35,729 nt of DNA. Origin: an uncultured virus (IMG/VR IMGVR_UViG_3300022178_000001). Taxonomy: Duplodnaviria > Heunggongvirae > Uroviricota > Caudoviricetes. A model generated the notes under the pieces. It was given only the letters and a program-made list of their open reading frames with translations. It did not search any database and had not been told where the DNA came from. Position 1 is the first letter of the stretch. Every line of letters begins with the position of its first letter. Made by a program: the position numbers and the translations under genes. Of this stretch, positions 1 to 7,720 are shown piece by piece. The stretch is from IMG/VR virus record IMGVR_UViG_3300022178_000001; one strand, given 5' to 3'.

Positions 1-877
1 TTCCGCCTGTCATTTGTTTAACGGAAGATTTTGCTTTAGTTCTCACCCTGCCTTTTATTTTCTTTTTAGGGTCAATCATAGCTAAACTCTGTTCTGTGAG
101 TTCTTCGATAATACTAGGAGAACCTTTCAGATTTGCTATATTCTCAAAGCCTGGGCTAGACGTAAGATCAAAAGAAGCGTCTGTAACTACTTTTCTAAAT
201 AAATCCCCTACCATACCGGCTAGTCTACCTTTAAATTGGTTTATATCTTTTGGCTCAAACTCTAGCTCTAAAGTGCCTTTAATACCTGTTAGTAAATGTA
301 CGTCTTTAGTGTATTGTGATTTTACATTATACCCTGAGTTAATAGAGTTCTCTAATTTATCAAGTATAGTATCCCACGCATCCTCACCTTTTTCTGTTAA
401 ACTATCAATTTCTTTTGCTACAAAATATAGAGCTTTTACAGAGTCCCTTCTTGGGTCACCCTTATCCATAGCGCTTAATGTAGCAGATAAAGAAGCTCTA
501 AGAACACTTATATTTTTATGCCCCAACTCCTGACCTTCCGCTATTTCAGGAAATAATTTTTTTAAAGTATATGCTTGTTGTTTAAAATTAGCTCTACCAA
601 ATTCTGAGTGAGACCTATTGTTAACAGAGGCTGCCGTTCTAAGGGCGCTTCTAGGTTGGAACGTTTGACCTTCAAATTTAAAAGTATTAGCACCCGCCTT
701 ATGCGCTTTATTAGCCGCAAGTGTAAATTCTTTAAATCTCTTTACATATTCTTCTTGTAATTCGAATTTTTGTCTTATTAGCTTATTTTGGTCAATAGCT
801 CTTCGCCAGTATTTAGCTCTAATATAGCGACCCCCTATCATTTGGGCAACTAGCTGATTTAAAGTTTGCGTAGCCAT
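1..877 (-). CDS. Partial ORF (runs off window), probable tail completion/neck protein (T5 p143 position)
   Basis: Not in ORF track. ATG at 877 overlaps the upstream TAA (TAATG). Frame MATQTLNQLVAQMIGG...ELGHKNISV... stays open to the window edge. Product inferred from synteny only. Confidence 0.6.
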   Translation of the reverse strand, partial: MATQTLNQLVAQMIGGRYIRAKYWRRAIDQNKLIRQKFELQEEYVKRFKEFTLAANKAHKAGANTFKFEGQTFQPRSALRTAASVNNRSHSEFGRANFKQQAYTLKKLFPEIAEGQELGHKNISVLRASLSATLSAMDKGDPRRDSVKALYFVAKEIDSLTEKGEDAWDTILDKLENSINSGYNVKSQYTKDVHLLTGIKGTLELEFEPKDINQFKGRLAGMVGDLFRKVVTDASFDLTSSPGFENIANLKGSPSIIEELTEQSLAMIDPKKKIKGRVRTKAKSSVKQMTGG

Positions 878-1455
878 TAAAAATTCTTATATAGGTCTAA
901 GACTCTTTTTATATGATCTGGAAATGCTGGGTTGTTTGCATTCCCCCCAGAGCGAGCATTTTCAATACTAGCCCCTTGCAATGTTTGTCGTTGCTTATGT
1001 TCATCTTTCAAGTAGTATGTAACTAAATCTGCTACTGCTAATAGTAAATCAGCAGGAGTAGCTGCATATCCAGCACTATAAGTGACTAGTACGGATCCTG
1101 GACCTTGGGGCCAGTATTGGTACTTTGTAGGAATACGTATAACACTATCTGTTTTAGTATCTAAATAATATTCGTTAGAGTCTAAAATAGAGTAATTTTC
1201 TGTAGGACGCCTCCTTTCTTGAATTTCAACTATTGTGTTAACAGGACTTTCAGTAAGTTGAAGAAAAGTAGAATCCCATGTTAAAGAAAAGTCTTCTACT
1301 TTGTTCACTGTAAAATAGTCAAGAATAGAGTTACCACAGTAAGTTTTTACTAATTGACTCACAGAAGGAATGAAAATTTCCAGCTTTACATCTTCTTTCG
1401 TTGATGATATGCCTTCAATTTCTTTATATTTATCTATAGTAATTAAATCAGTCAT
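877..1455 (-). CDS. Head completion / head-tail connector protein (T5 p144-like)
   Basis: 192 aa, LITIDKYK...SQLVKTYCG...VTYSAGY..PADL..A..DLVTYY...FPDHIKRVLDLY; immediately after the capsid gene as in T5. Confidence 0.85.
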   Translation of the reverse strand: MTDLITIDKYKEIEGISSTKEDVKLEIFIPSVSQLVKTYCGNSILDYFTVNKVEDFSLTWDSTFLQLTESPVNTIVEIQERRRPTENYSILDSNEYYLDTKTDSVIRIPTKYQYWPQGPGSVLVTYSAGYAATPADLLLAVADLVTYYLKDEHKQRQTLQGASIENARSGGNANNPAFPDHIKRVLDLYKNF

Positions 1456-1473
1456 AATATATAGTCAATTAGT

Positions 1474-1506
1474 AAAAACTTGGGGGGACAATAGTTGTCC
1501 CCCGAA
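1474..1506 (-). terminator. Intrinsic terminator after major capsid gene
   Basis: Minus strand GGGGGACAA-CTA-TTGTCCCCC hairpin followed by AAGTTTTT. Confidence 0.8.
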
Positions 1507-1526
1507 GTAAAAAGTTAATTTTAGTT

Positions 1527-3563
1527 TTAAGATGCAGCGTTAAAAATTGCTTTAGTAACAGCAGCTTTACCACCAGTTGAGGCAAACAACTCATCAAAGC
1601 CCAAGTGTTGCGTAGCAACAAGCACTCGACGCTGTGCAGAGACTTCATAGTCTTGCTCAACAGTGATTCCACGAAGACGTGGAATAATGAAGTTAGAGGT
1701 GTTAACACAAAGTGCACCACCAAAAGTATCTTCAACATCAGCGCCCATGTTGTCAGAAAGTACAACAGGAGAACCATACACACGACCAACTTGACCAGTC
1801 AAACGCACAGCCAAATCAGAACCGACTTCATCAACAGTTTGGAAGTCAGGATCTTCTAAGAGGTCATAGTATTTATCTTGAGAAACAATATAAACTACAT
1901 CTTGAGGGTTTAAGCCATAAACACCCATATTTCGACGGCACTTAACAAGCACATCAGCGCTGAAAGTAAGGTTAGCAGCAACTTGTGCACCCCAGCTCGC
2001 GCCAGGTGCAGCCATAGCTTTCAAACCAGCGATATTTGCGCCGTTACCGCCAATAATGGCACTATCAACAGAACGAGCATGTGAACGTGCGATACCAGCA
2101 GTCAACATAGGCATAATGTTAATCAGTACTTTCTCATCGATATAGTTATCGAGGAAAGAAGTAGAGATCAAACGATCTACTTGAACAACCTTTTGCTTTG
2201 CTTCGTAAGTATTGTTAGAGTTACCACGGTTAGCGATATCACTACCAGTACCATTGTCAGCAGCATCACGTGCATTGCCCCACTTAGCCAAATTAGTATC
2301 AGTCTGAAGCGGCAATACTGTAGATTGACTTTCGACCTGCATTTCTTTAAATAAAGCAGCAGTACGTAGCTCTAACATGATTTCCTTTTCGATTTGAGTA
2401 GAAACTACTACATCGATACCTGGCTCATTTTGTCCGCCCGTAGCTGTGTAAGTAACACCAGCTTTTTCAAGAACAGACTTACCATAGTCGGTGTTAAAGC
2501 CCTTGCCAGTGATAACACCAACAAGATGAGCTTGCATCAATTCTTTAGCATGGGGCTCAAGACCTTGCTTAGAAGAACGATCAGCAAAAACGCCTTTTGA
2601 TTCACGCATTTTAGTGATTTCTTCTTCTTTTTCTAAGAGGTCTTTTTGAAACTTAGCAATAACTTCAGCTTGGTTAGCCTCTGAAGAAGCCATTTTTGCT
2701 TCAAAATCAGCCATCAATCGTTCAGCACCAGACTGTACACCGGAAGTAATAGCAGATTTAACTTGCTCTTCTTGTGCTGCTTTAGCATCTGCTTCTTGTG
2801 CTGCTTTTTCTGCAGCTTCTTGTGCTGCTTCTTGTTCAACAGCTTTAACCTCGGCTTGCTTCATTGCAATTTTAGCAGCGGTTTCTTCCGCTACCTTTTT
2901 AGCAAAAGCTTCCAAGTCAATTTCTGAGTTTTTAACGTCAGACATTTCTATCTCCTTTTGTGCGCTTTGCGCGGGTTCCGGTGTGTCACTAGCTACGCTA
3001 GAAGTATTAACTTCGTCTTTAGCCAGAGACTGACCGGCTAGATCCACACTATTTTTAAAAAAAGTTTTTTTGAATTCATCATATTCATCAATAGAATCAA
3101 ATGATTTCGCTAGCGAAAAAGTAGCTGCCTGATTGCAAGGTACGGAAACTACCGATACCTCGAACAACTCAGCGTCCTTAATCTGTAATCCATCGGTTTC
3201 TTCTAGGTAATCCGCATCCTTGACTCGGAAACCAACAGAAAAAGCTCCAAGAATGCCTTCCTTAATCAACATAGCTACATTATCAGGAGCAGACTTACTT
3301 ATTTTCGCTTTAAGTTCCAAACCATTGTCTGTAACTTTAAGACCAGTAGCACGCCCGATCGGTTTATTGTAGTCGTGATTAAACAAAATTATAGGGTTTT
3401 TCTCAAAATTATGAAGGCCCCCTTTAGTCCAAGCGCTCGCATCAATTATATCATTTGCACGATCAGTATCATTTGTACTTGCCATTCCACAAATGTGAAC
3501 GCCATCGTCATCTTCGCTTAAAGATTTAAACGTAGATGTAAAATTAAAAATCTTATTCATCAT
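1527..3563 (-). CDS. HK97-type prohead protease fused in frame to delta domain and major capsid protein
   Basis: Likely start ATG 3563/3560 behind GGAGA. Protease motifs ILFNHD, GAFSVGF, ELFEVSVVSVPCN, then coiled-coil scaffold and HK97-fold capsid (GRVYGSPVVLSD). Internal RBS AAGGAGA plus ATG at 2945 gives a 472-aa capsid alone. Confidence 0.92.
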   Translation of the reverse strand: MMNKIFNFTSTFKSLSEDDDGVHICGMASTNDTDRANDIIDASAWTKGGLHNFEKNPIILFNHDYNKPIGRATGLKVTDNGLELKAKISKSAPDNVAMLIKEGILGAFSVGFRVKDADYLEETDGLQIKDAELFEVSVVSVPCNQAATFSLAKSFDSIDEYDEFKKTFFKNSVDLAGQSLAKDEVNTSSVASDTPEPAQSAQKEIEMSDVKNSEIDLEAFAKKVAEETAAKIAMKQAEVKAVEQEAAQEAAEKAAQEADAKAAQEEQVKSAITSGVQSGAERLMADFEAKMASSEANQAEVIAKFQKDLLEKEEEITKMRESKGVFADRSSKQGLEPHAKELMQAHLVGVITGKGFNTDYGKSVLEKAGVTYTATGGQNEPGIDVVVSTQIEKEIMLELRTAALFKEMQVESQSTVLPLQTDTNLAKWGNARDAADNGTGSDIANRGNSNNTYEAKQKVVQVDRLISTSFLDNYIDEKVLINIMPMLTAGIARSHARSVDSAIIGGNGANIAGLKAMAAPGASWGAQVAANLTFSADVLVKCRRNMGVYGLNPQDVVYIVSQDKYYDLLEDPDFQTVDEVGSDLAVRLTGQVGRVYGSPVVLSDNMGADVEDTFGGALCVNTSNFIIPRLRGITVEQDYEVSAQRRVLVATQHLGFDELFASTGGKAAVTKAIFNAAS

Positions 3564-3888
3564 CTTTCTCCACCTTCTTACTAGCAGTAAATCGCTTAGT
3601 AGGAGCAGGCTTAGCTGGAGCTTTTTTAGGGGCAGGCTTAGCTGGAGTCTCCGCAGGAGTATGAGCAATGCTAGCTTGATCATATACCAAAGGGTGTCTC
3701 CTAATAAGAGCAGTTAATACTCTTGCCCACCTACCATTAAAAATTTGAGCTAATTCTCTTCGTGTCATAGGACCGCTAGTCCCTAGGGCTAGATACTCGT
3801 CATACGTAATAGGTTTTGTTACCCCATGCTGAATAAAATGAGCATAGAGTTTGTCTAAGGACGCAGTTGTTTGTCGTCTAGTAGCCAT
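3553..3888 (-). CDS. Hypothetical protein with Lys/Pro/Ala-rich tail, between portal and protease
   Basis: 111 aa, tightly coupled to both neighbours; PAKPAPKKAPAKPAP tail. Confidence 0.7.
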   Translation of the reverse strand: MATRRQTTASLDKLYAHFIQHGVTKPITYDEYLALGTSGPMTRRELAQIFNGRWARVLTALIRRHPLVYDQASIAHTPAETPAKPAPKKAPAKPAPTKRFTASKKVEKDDE

Positions 3889-3890
3889 TA

Positions 3891-5084
3891 TTAATTTTCC
3901 TCATCTTGTGTTACAGGTCTTCCGCCTTCTGACGGGTCTACTGCACTTCCCGCAATGTTTGCGGGTACTCTTAGATCATCATATCCTTCTACTTTTTCAA
4001 ATCCTAGATGTTCTCGTGCCTCATTAGGAGAGATAATGCCAGTATTAACTAAGGAAGAATAATATTGAGCTGAATCACGCAGCTCTGGTTGTAATGCAGG
4101 TATATTAGTTGCATCTTCTGTTATTTCGAATCCAAAAAATCTTTCAAAAGCAAAGTTAATTTTGCGTACTATAGGAAGTATAGTTTCTAGATAGTATAGT
4201 CGCATATTTGGACGAAGATTAGCATTGTTGCCAGAATCTAGTAAAATAGGGGGTACACCTAAAGCCTTTAAAATAATTTTTTCATTTTCAGAAATAGCAG
4301 ACTGAAAATCTAATTCTTTAAAGTTTACATTTGAAATTGCATCAATCTCAATTCCTCCATCTAAAATTAGAGGGCGTCGGCCTCCTGCATCAGGTCTGTA
4401 CCTTTGCTGCCAAGAAGCTAGCATTCTCTCTTTAATTTTCTCGGATAGAGTGTTAGGGCTTTTTAATACTAATCCTGGTACTGCTCCATTTTTAAAAAAA
4501 TTATCTTGAAAGTCCCGCATAGACTTAGTTAATACCATAGTACGTAAAGCAGGCTTCAGTCTAGAAATACCTCTATAGATAGAATAGAAAGAATTGTCTT
4601 TAATGTGAATAATTTCATTTGGGTTATAGCGAACATTTTCGTTGAATGTGTAGTGGTCTACATAAGTAGTCTCACTAGAGTGTATAATCATTTTGCTAGC
4701 GGGTAGATGATACATGTGTACGCCATCAAAATAAATAAATATATTGCCGTCTAATAAAAAGTCTGTAACTAGATTTCTTTTAAAGGAGCTAATATCCTGA
4801 AAAAGATTGGGTTCTTTATTCAAAAGCAAAGTCAGCTTGGCTCTTTTTACTCCCTTATAAGGATTATTAATAGGAATGGGCGGGCCAACCTTGGTAGTAA
4901 TCTCAGACACATCATCAACTATCATATTTACTCCTCTATTGACAATTTCTAATTGCTCATATGCGAGCTCATAGGAATATGTCATTTCACGTGAGGATTC
5001 TACTTTATGATCGTAGTATGGCTGAGCAGGATTAAGTTTTTCTTCAACCTCTTCCCGACCAAGAATTTTATTATACCAAGCCAT
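3891..5084 (-). CDS. Portal protein (HK97 family, T5 pb7-like)
   Basis: EKLNPAQ N-terminus, NEIIHIKDNS, FFKNGAVPG, ALGVPPILL, GIISPNEARE. Confidence 0.95.
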   Translation of the reverse strand: MAWYNKILGREEVEEKLNPAQPYYDHKVESSREMTYSYELAYEQLEIVNRGVNMIVDDVSEITTKVGPPIPINNPYKGVKRAKLTLLLNKEPNLFQDISSFKRNLVTDFLLDGNIFIYFDGVHMYHLPASKMIIHSSETTYVDHYTFNENVRYNPNEIIHIKDNSFYSIYRGISRLKPALRTMVLTKSMRDFQDNFFKNGAVPGLVLKSPNTLSEKIKERMLASWQQRYRPDAGGRRPLILDGGIEIDAISNVNFKELDFQSAISENEKIILKALGVPPILLDSGNNANLRPNMRLYYLETILPIVRKINFAFERFFGFEITEDATNIPALQPELRDSAQYYSSLVNTGIISPNEAREHLGFEKVEGYDDLRVPANIAGSAVDPSEGGRPVTQDEEN

Positions 5085-5436
5085 TTTTTTCTCTTTGAAT
5101 CTCTACCCATCTCTGCTGCTTTTTTGCCGTGTGCAGAGGGGGATTTCTACCGTATATACTATGTAACTTTAAATGGTGCATGTGGCAAATAGTTACAGTA
5201 TAATCGTATAATTCTTCAATGTGTTCATTAATAAACTCATCTCTAAACTCTCTTATATCTTCTTCGAAGTACCCTTTTTCCTTCATCCAACCTTGTAATA
5301 GAGGGCTAAGGCTGTAAAAATGATGAAAATCTAATTTTACAGTATCCCCGCAAATATAACACTCCGAGCCTTTATCATATCTAGCTTTGGCTTTATCTCG
5401 AATATATTTTATCGGGTCTCTTTTTAATTTCTCCAT
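5071..5436 (-). CDS. HNH-type nicking endonuclease (T5 gene between TerL and portal)
   Basis: KRDPIKYIRD..K.RY, CYICG, LDFHH, TICHMHH..LH..YG, KQQRWV; ATG 5436 preferred over TTG 5451. Confidence 0.85.
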   Translation of the reverse strand: MEKLKRDPIKYIRDKAKARYDKGSECYICGDTVKLDFHHFYSLSPLLQGWMKEKGYFEEDIREFRDEFINEHIEELYDYTVTICHMHHLKLHSIYGRNPPLHTAKKQQRWVEIQREKNGLV

Positions 5437-5465
5437 TTTATAAAATACCAATTTTTACTTCCGAA

Positions 5466-5494
5466 ATTATAACGTGTACCAGGTACATTGTCAA
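5466..5494 (-). promoter_or_regulatory. Sigma70 promoter for HNH-portal-capsid operon
   Basis: TTGACA-17 bp-TATAAT, exact consensus, AAAAATA tract upstream. Confidence 0.85.
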
Positions 5495-5518
5495 CTACTA
5501 TTTTTAAGCAGGTGCTCA

Positions 5519-6823
5519 TTAAAACCCCGAATTGCTAGTTTCGAATGAATAGAGAGCATACCTTATAGCATCCGACATATGAGAAGCCCTATTATGCTTA
5601 GGTTTTTCTCTAAGTAAATTAGGGTTAGGGTCCCACTGGTACTGGTCTAAAGCAGCTAAGGACTCTAAACATTTTTGAGATACTAATAAGTTATCATTAT
5701 CTACTATAGCTGCTACATGTGATATACCATCTAATAATGATTTTTTTGCATTAATAGTACTAATATCATAATTCTGTGCAAAATCAAATCTAGTTTGCTG
5801 AGCAGCTGAATCTATATAAATATAATCAATATCCCACTTTTGAATTAATTGCTGAATTTCAATAGCATGCTGCTCTGTAGTTTTTTCAGCGTCCATATAT
5901 TCGTCTAGTAGGTAATATTTCTCTTCGTCCCAATCATATCCTATAACGCAAAAAGCAGTAGGATCCCTGTACCCTACGTCTAATCCAGCAAAAACATCCA
6001 TATATCTAGTATTAATTCCCTCTAGATTTACTGTACATTTTTCATAATCGAATTTCCAAACCTGACCCTCGTAAGTATTAAAGTCTGCCTCATACTCCTG
6101 TCTAAATTCTGCATCAGACATACTTTTTCGAGCTTCGTTAATATCACTCTCTGTCATTCTGGGGTTATCTAGATAGGTAGCCTTTACGGAGGCCCACTCT
6201 AAGAACTCATCATTGTACCCTCTATCAAAAAATTCTGCGAACCAATTGTTACGACCCCGAGGGGTAGAAATAAACAAAGCTTTAGAGTTGTCTTTATCAA
6301 GAGTGGGCCGAAGTGCGACATTAAAGGCATCCCTGCCATCTGCTAACGCTGCTTCGTCAAATATAATAAGGTCGTAACTTCGACCCACGCATGAATCAAC
6401 TTGATTTACAGACCCCATTCTAATAGTAGAGCCGTTTGATAGTTCTATAACTTTGTCTTTTGCGTTGTCTTTTGTAACCTCGAGATCAAAGTGTTTTATA
6501 AGGTTTCTCTGTAAATCAAAAGAAATTTGAGATAGAGCATAGTTAGGAGACATAATTAATATATTAGAGCTAGGGACTAAAGAAACTAATTGCCCAATAA
6601 TATTAGCTATATAAGTTTTACCCTGGCGCCTAGAAACAGCTGCGCAAACAAATCGATACTTAGGATTATTTATAGCATTAATAATTGCCATTTGTGAGGG
6701 TAATGCGGACACCCCCAACATCTCTAAATAAGGATCTATTGGCAGTTTTAGAAACCTAGTTGTTTTTTCGAGTTCAACTATTGAGTCTGTTATTACATCC
6801 TGTCTACTGACCTGTACTGTCAT
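5519..6823 (-). CDS. terL: Terminase large subunit (T5-like)
   Basis: Walker A SRRQGKT, Walker B LIIFDEAA, coupling motif FISTP, nuclease GLDVGYRDPTA and SHMSDAIRY. Confidence 0.97.
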   Translation of the reverse strand: MTVQVSRQDVITDSIVELEKTTRFLKLPIDPYLEMLGVSALPSQMAIINAINNPKYRFVCAAVSRRQGKTYIANIIGQLVSLVPSSNILIMSPNYALSQISFDLQRNLIKHFDLEVTKDNAKDKVIELSNGSTIRMGSVNQVDSCVGRSYDLIIFDEAALADGRDAFNVALRPTLDKDNSKALFISTPRGRNNWFAEFFDRGYNDEFLEWASVKATYLDNPRMTESDINEARKSMSDAEFRQEYEADFNTYEGQVWKFDYEKCTVNLEGINTRYMDVFAGLDVGYRDPTAFCVIGYDWDEEKYYLLDEYMDAEKTTEQHAIEIQQLIQKWDIDYIYIDSAAQQTRFDFAQNYDISTINAKKSLLDGISHVAAIVDNDNLLVSQKCLESLAALDQYQWDPNPNLLREKPKHNRASHMSDAIRYALYSFETSNSGF

Positions 6824-6865
6824 TTTAGTTATCTCTCTTTAGTTCTCTTTTTATTTTATATAGCT

Positions 6866-6894
6866 ATGCTATCACTTATTGACATAATTGTCAA
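6866..6894 (-). promoter_or_regulatory. Sigma70 promoter upstream of terL
   Basis: TTGACA-17 bp-TAGCAT; -35 lies within inverted repeat TATTGACA-TAAT-TGTCAATA (6877-6896). Confidence 0.6.
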
Positions 6895-6931
6895 TATATA
6901 TTTTTGAACACCTTTAGGCATACCTAGGTGT

Positions 6932-7237
6932 TTACCATTTGACCTTATTAGCCCAGTAAGCTGCGGAGAGTTTACCCTTTGCTATATTACGAGCATGACG
7001 AGCCTTAAAAGATCTTCGCCTAGCCGCGTAAGAAGCACTTTCCCCTTTCTTTTTAGGGGAACCACTAACTCCTTGCTGACCAAAGCGTATTGTTTTAACT
7101 TTGGTACCTACTTTAGCAACAACTACATGAGACTTTTTAGGGTGTTTTGGAGTTCTTTTTGCTTTATTAAATTTACTTACTCCGGCTCTTTTTAATGCCG
7201 GGTGTTTCTTTTTAACGCTTCTTTTTTTTCTTGCCAT
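6932..7237 (-). CDS. Small very basic protein
   Basis: 101 aa Lys/Arg-rich, KTIRFGQQG...RRRSFKARH...SAAYWA..VKW; resembles a family I recall from marine phage genomes. Confidence 0.8.
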   Translation of the reverse strand: MARKKRSVKKKHPALKRAGVSKFNKAKRTPKHPKKSHVVVAKVGTKVKTIRFGQQGVSGSPKKKGESASYAARRRSFKARHARNIAKGKLSAAYWANKVKW

Positions 7238-7373
7238 TTTTCTTTTTCCTTTTTTTAAACCCCGCCTTCATAAAAGAGTAGGCTTTAGCAGATATAGTAG
7301 ATTTCTTTTTAGATCTACTTATTCCTTTCTTTTTCCTACGATTTATATTTGCGTACAAACCCCGAGAAGCCAT
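7212..7373 (-). CDS. 53-aa very basic peptide
   Basis: Hand-translated MASRGLYANINRRKKKGISRSKKKSTISAKAYSFMKAGFKKRKKKNGKKKKKR; RBS AAGGAGA upstream. Confidence 0.75.
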   Translation of the reverse strand: MASRGLYANINRRKKKGISRSKKKSTISAKAYSFMKAGFKKRKKKNGKKKKKR

Positions 7374-7454
7374 CTATTTTCTCCTTTTTTTAGTTTTACG
7401 TTTTTTCTTTTTACCACAAGGTTTTCCATTATGATATTTATTAAGTAAGGTCAT
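7374..7454 (-). CDS. 26-aa basic peptide
   Basis: MTLLNKYHNGKPCGKKKKRKTKKRRK; TAATG coupling upstream, stop abuts the next ATG. Confidence 0.5.
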   Translation of the reverse strand: MTLLNKYHNGKPCGKKKKRKTKKRRK

Positions 7455-7720
7455 TAAAAAATGTTTCCTTTACCAAAGTCAATATTATTACCGATATTAA
7501 TATTAACATCACTAGTAACAGCTTTGGGCTTTTCTTTTTCTATAAAACATTCACAAGGTGCGCAAGCACACGTTTCACATAAGGCTTCCTCAGTGGGATG
7601 CCCCGCATATTCTTTCGCAGCCTCTTCAGACTTAAAAAATACAGTGGAGCCCTTACCATCTGATACATGCCATCTATTTCTAATTTTTTGAATATTTTTC
7701 ATATCAAAGTCCTTATTCAC
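7454..7720 (-). CDS. Hypothetical protein with CETCACAPCEC Cys cluster
   Basis: 88-aa ORF overlapping the upstream stop. Confidence 0.65.
   Translation of the reverse strand: MNKDFDMKNIQKIRNRWHVSDGKGSTVFFKSEEAAKEYAGHPTEEALCETCACAPCECFIEKEKPKAVTSDVNINIGNNIDFGKGNIF

Noticed and set aside
3564..3683. N-terminal extension of the 718-aa ORF
   Set aside because: Overlaps the 111-aa gene; the RBS-supported start is at 3563/3560
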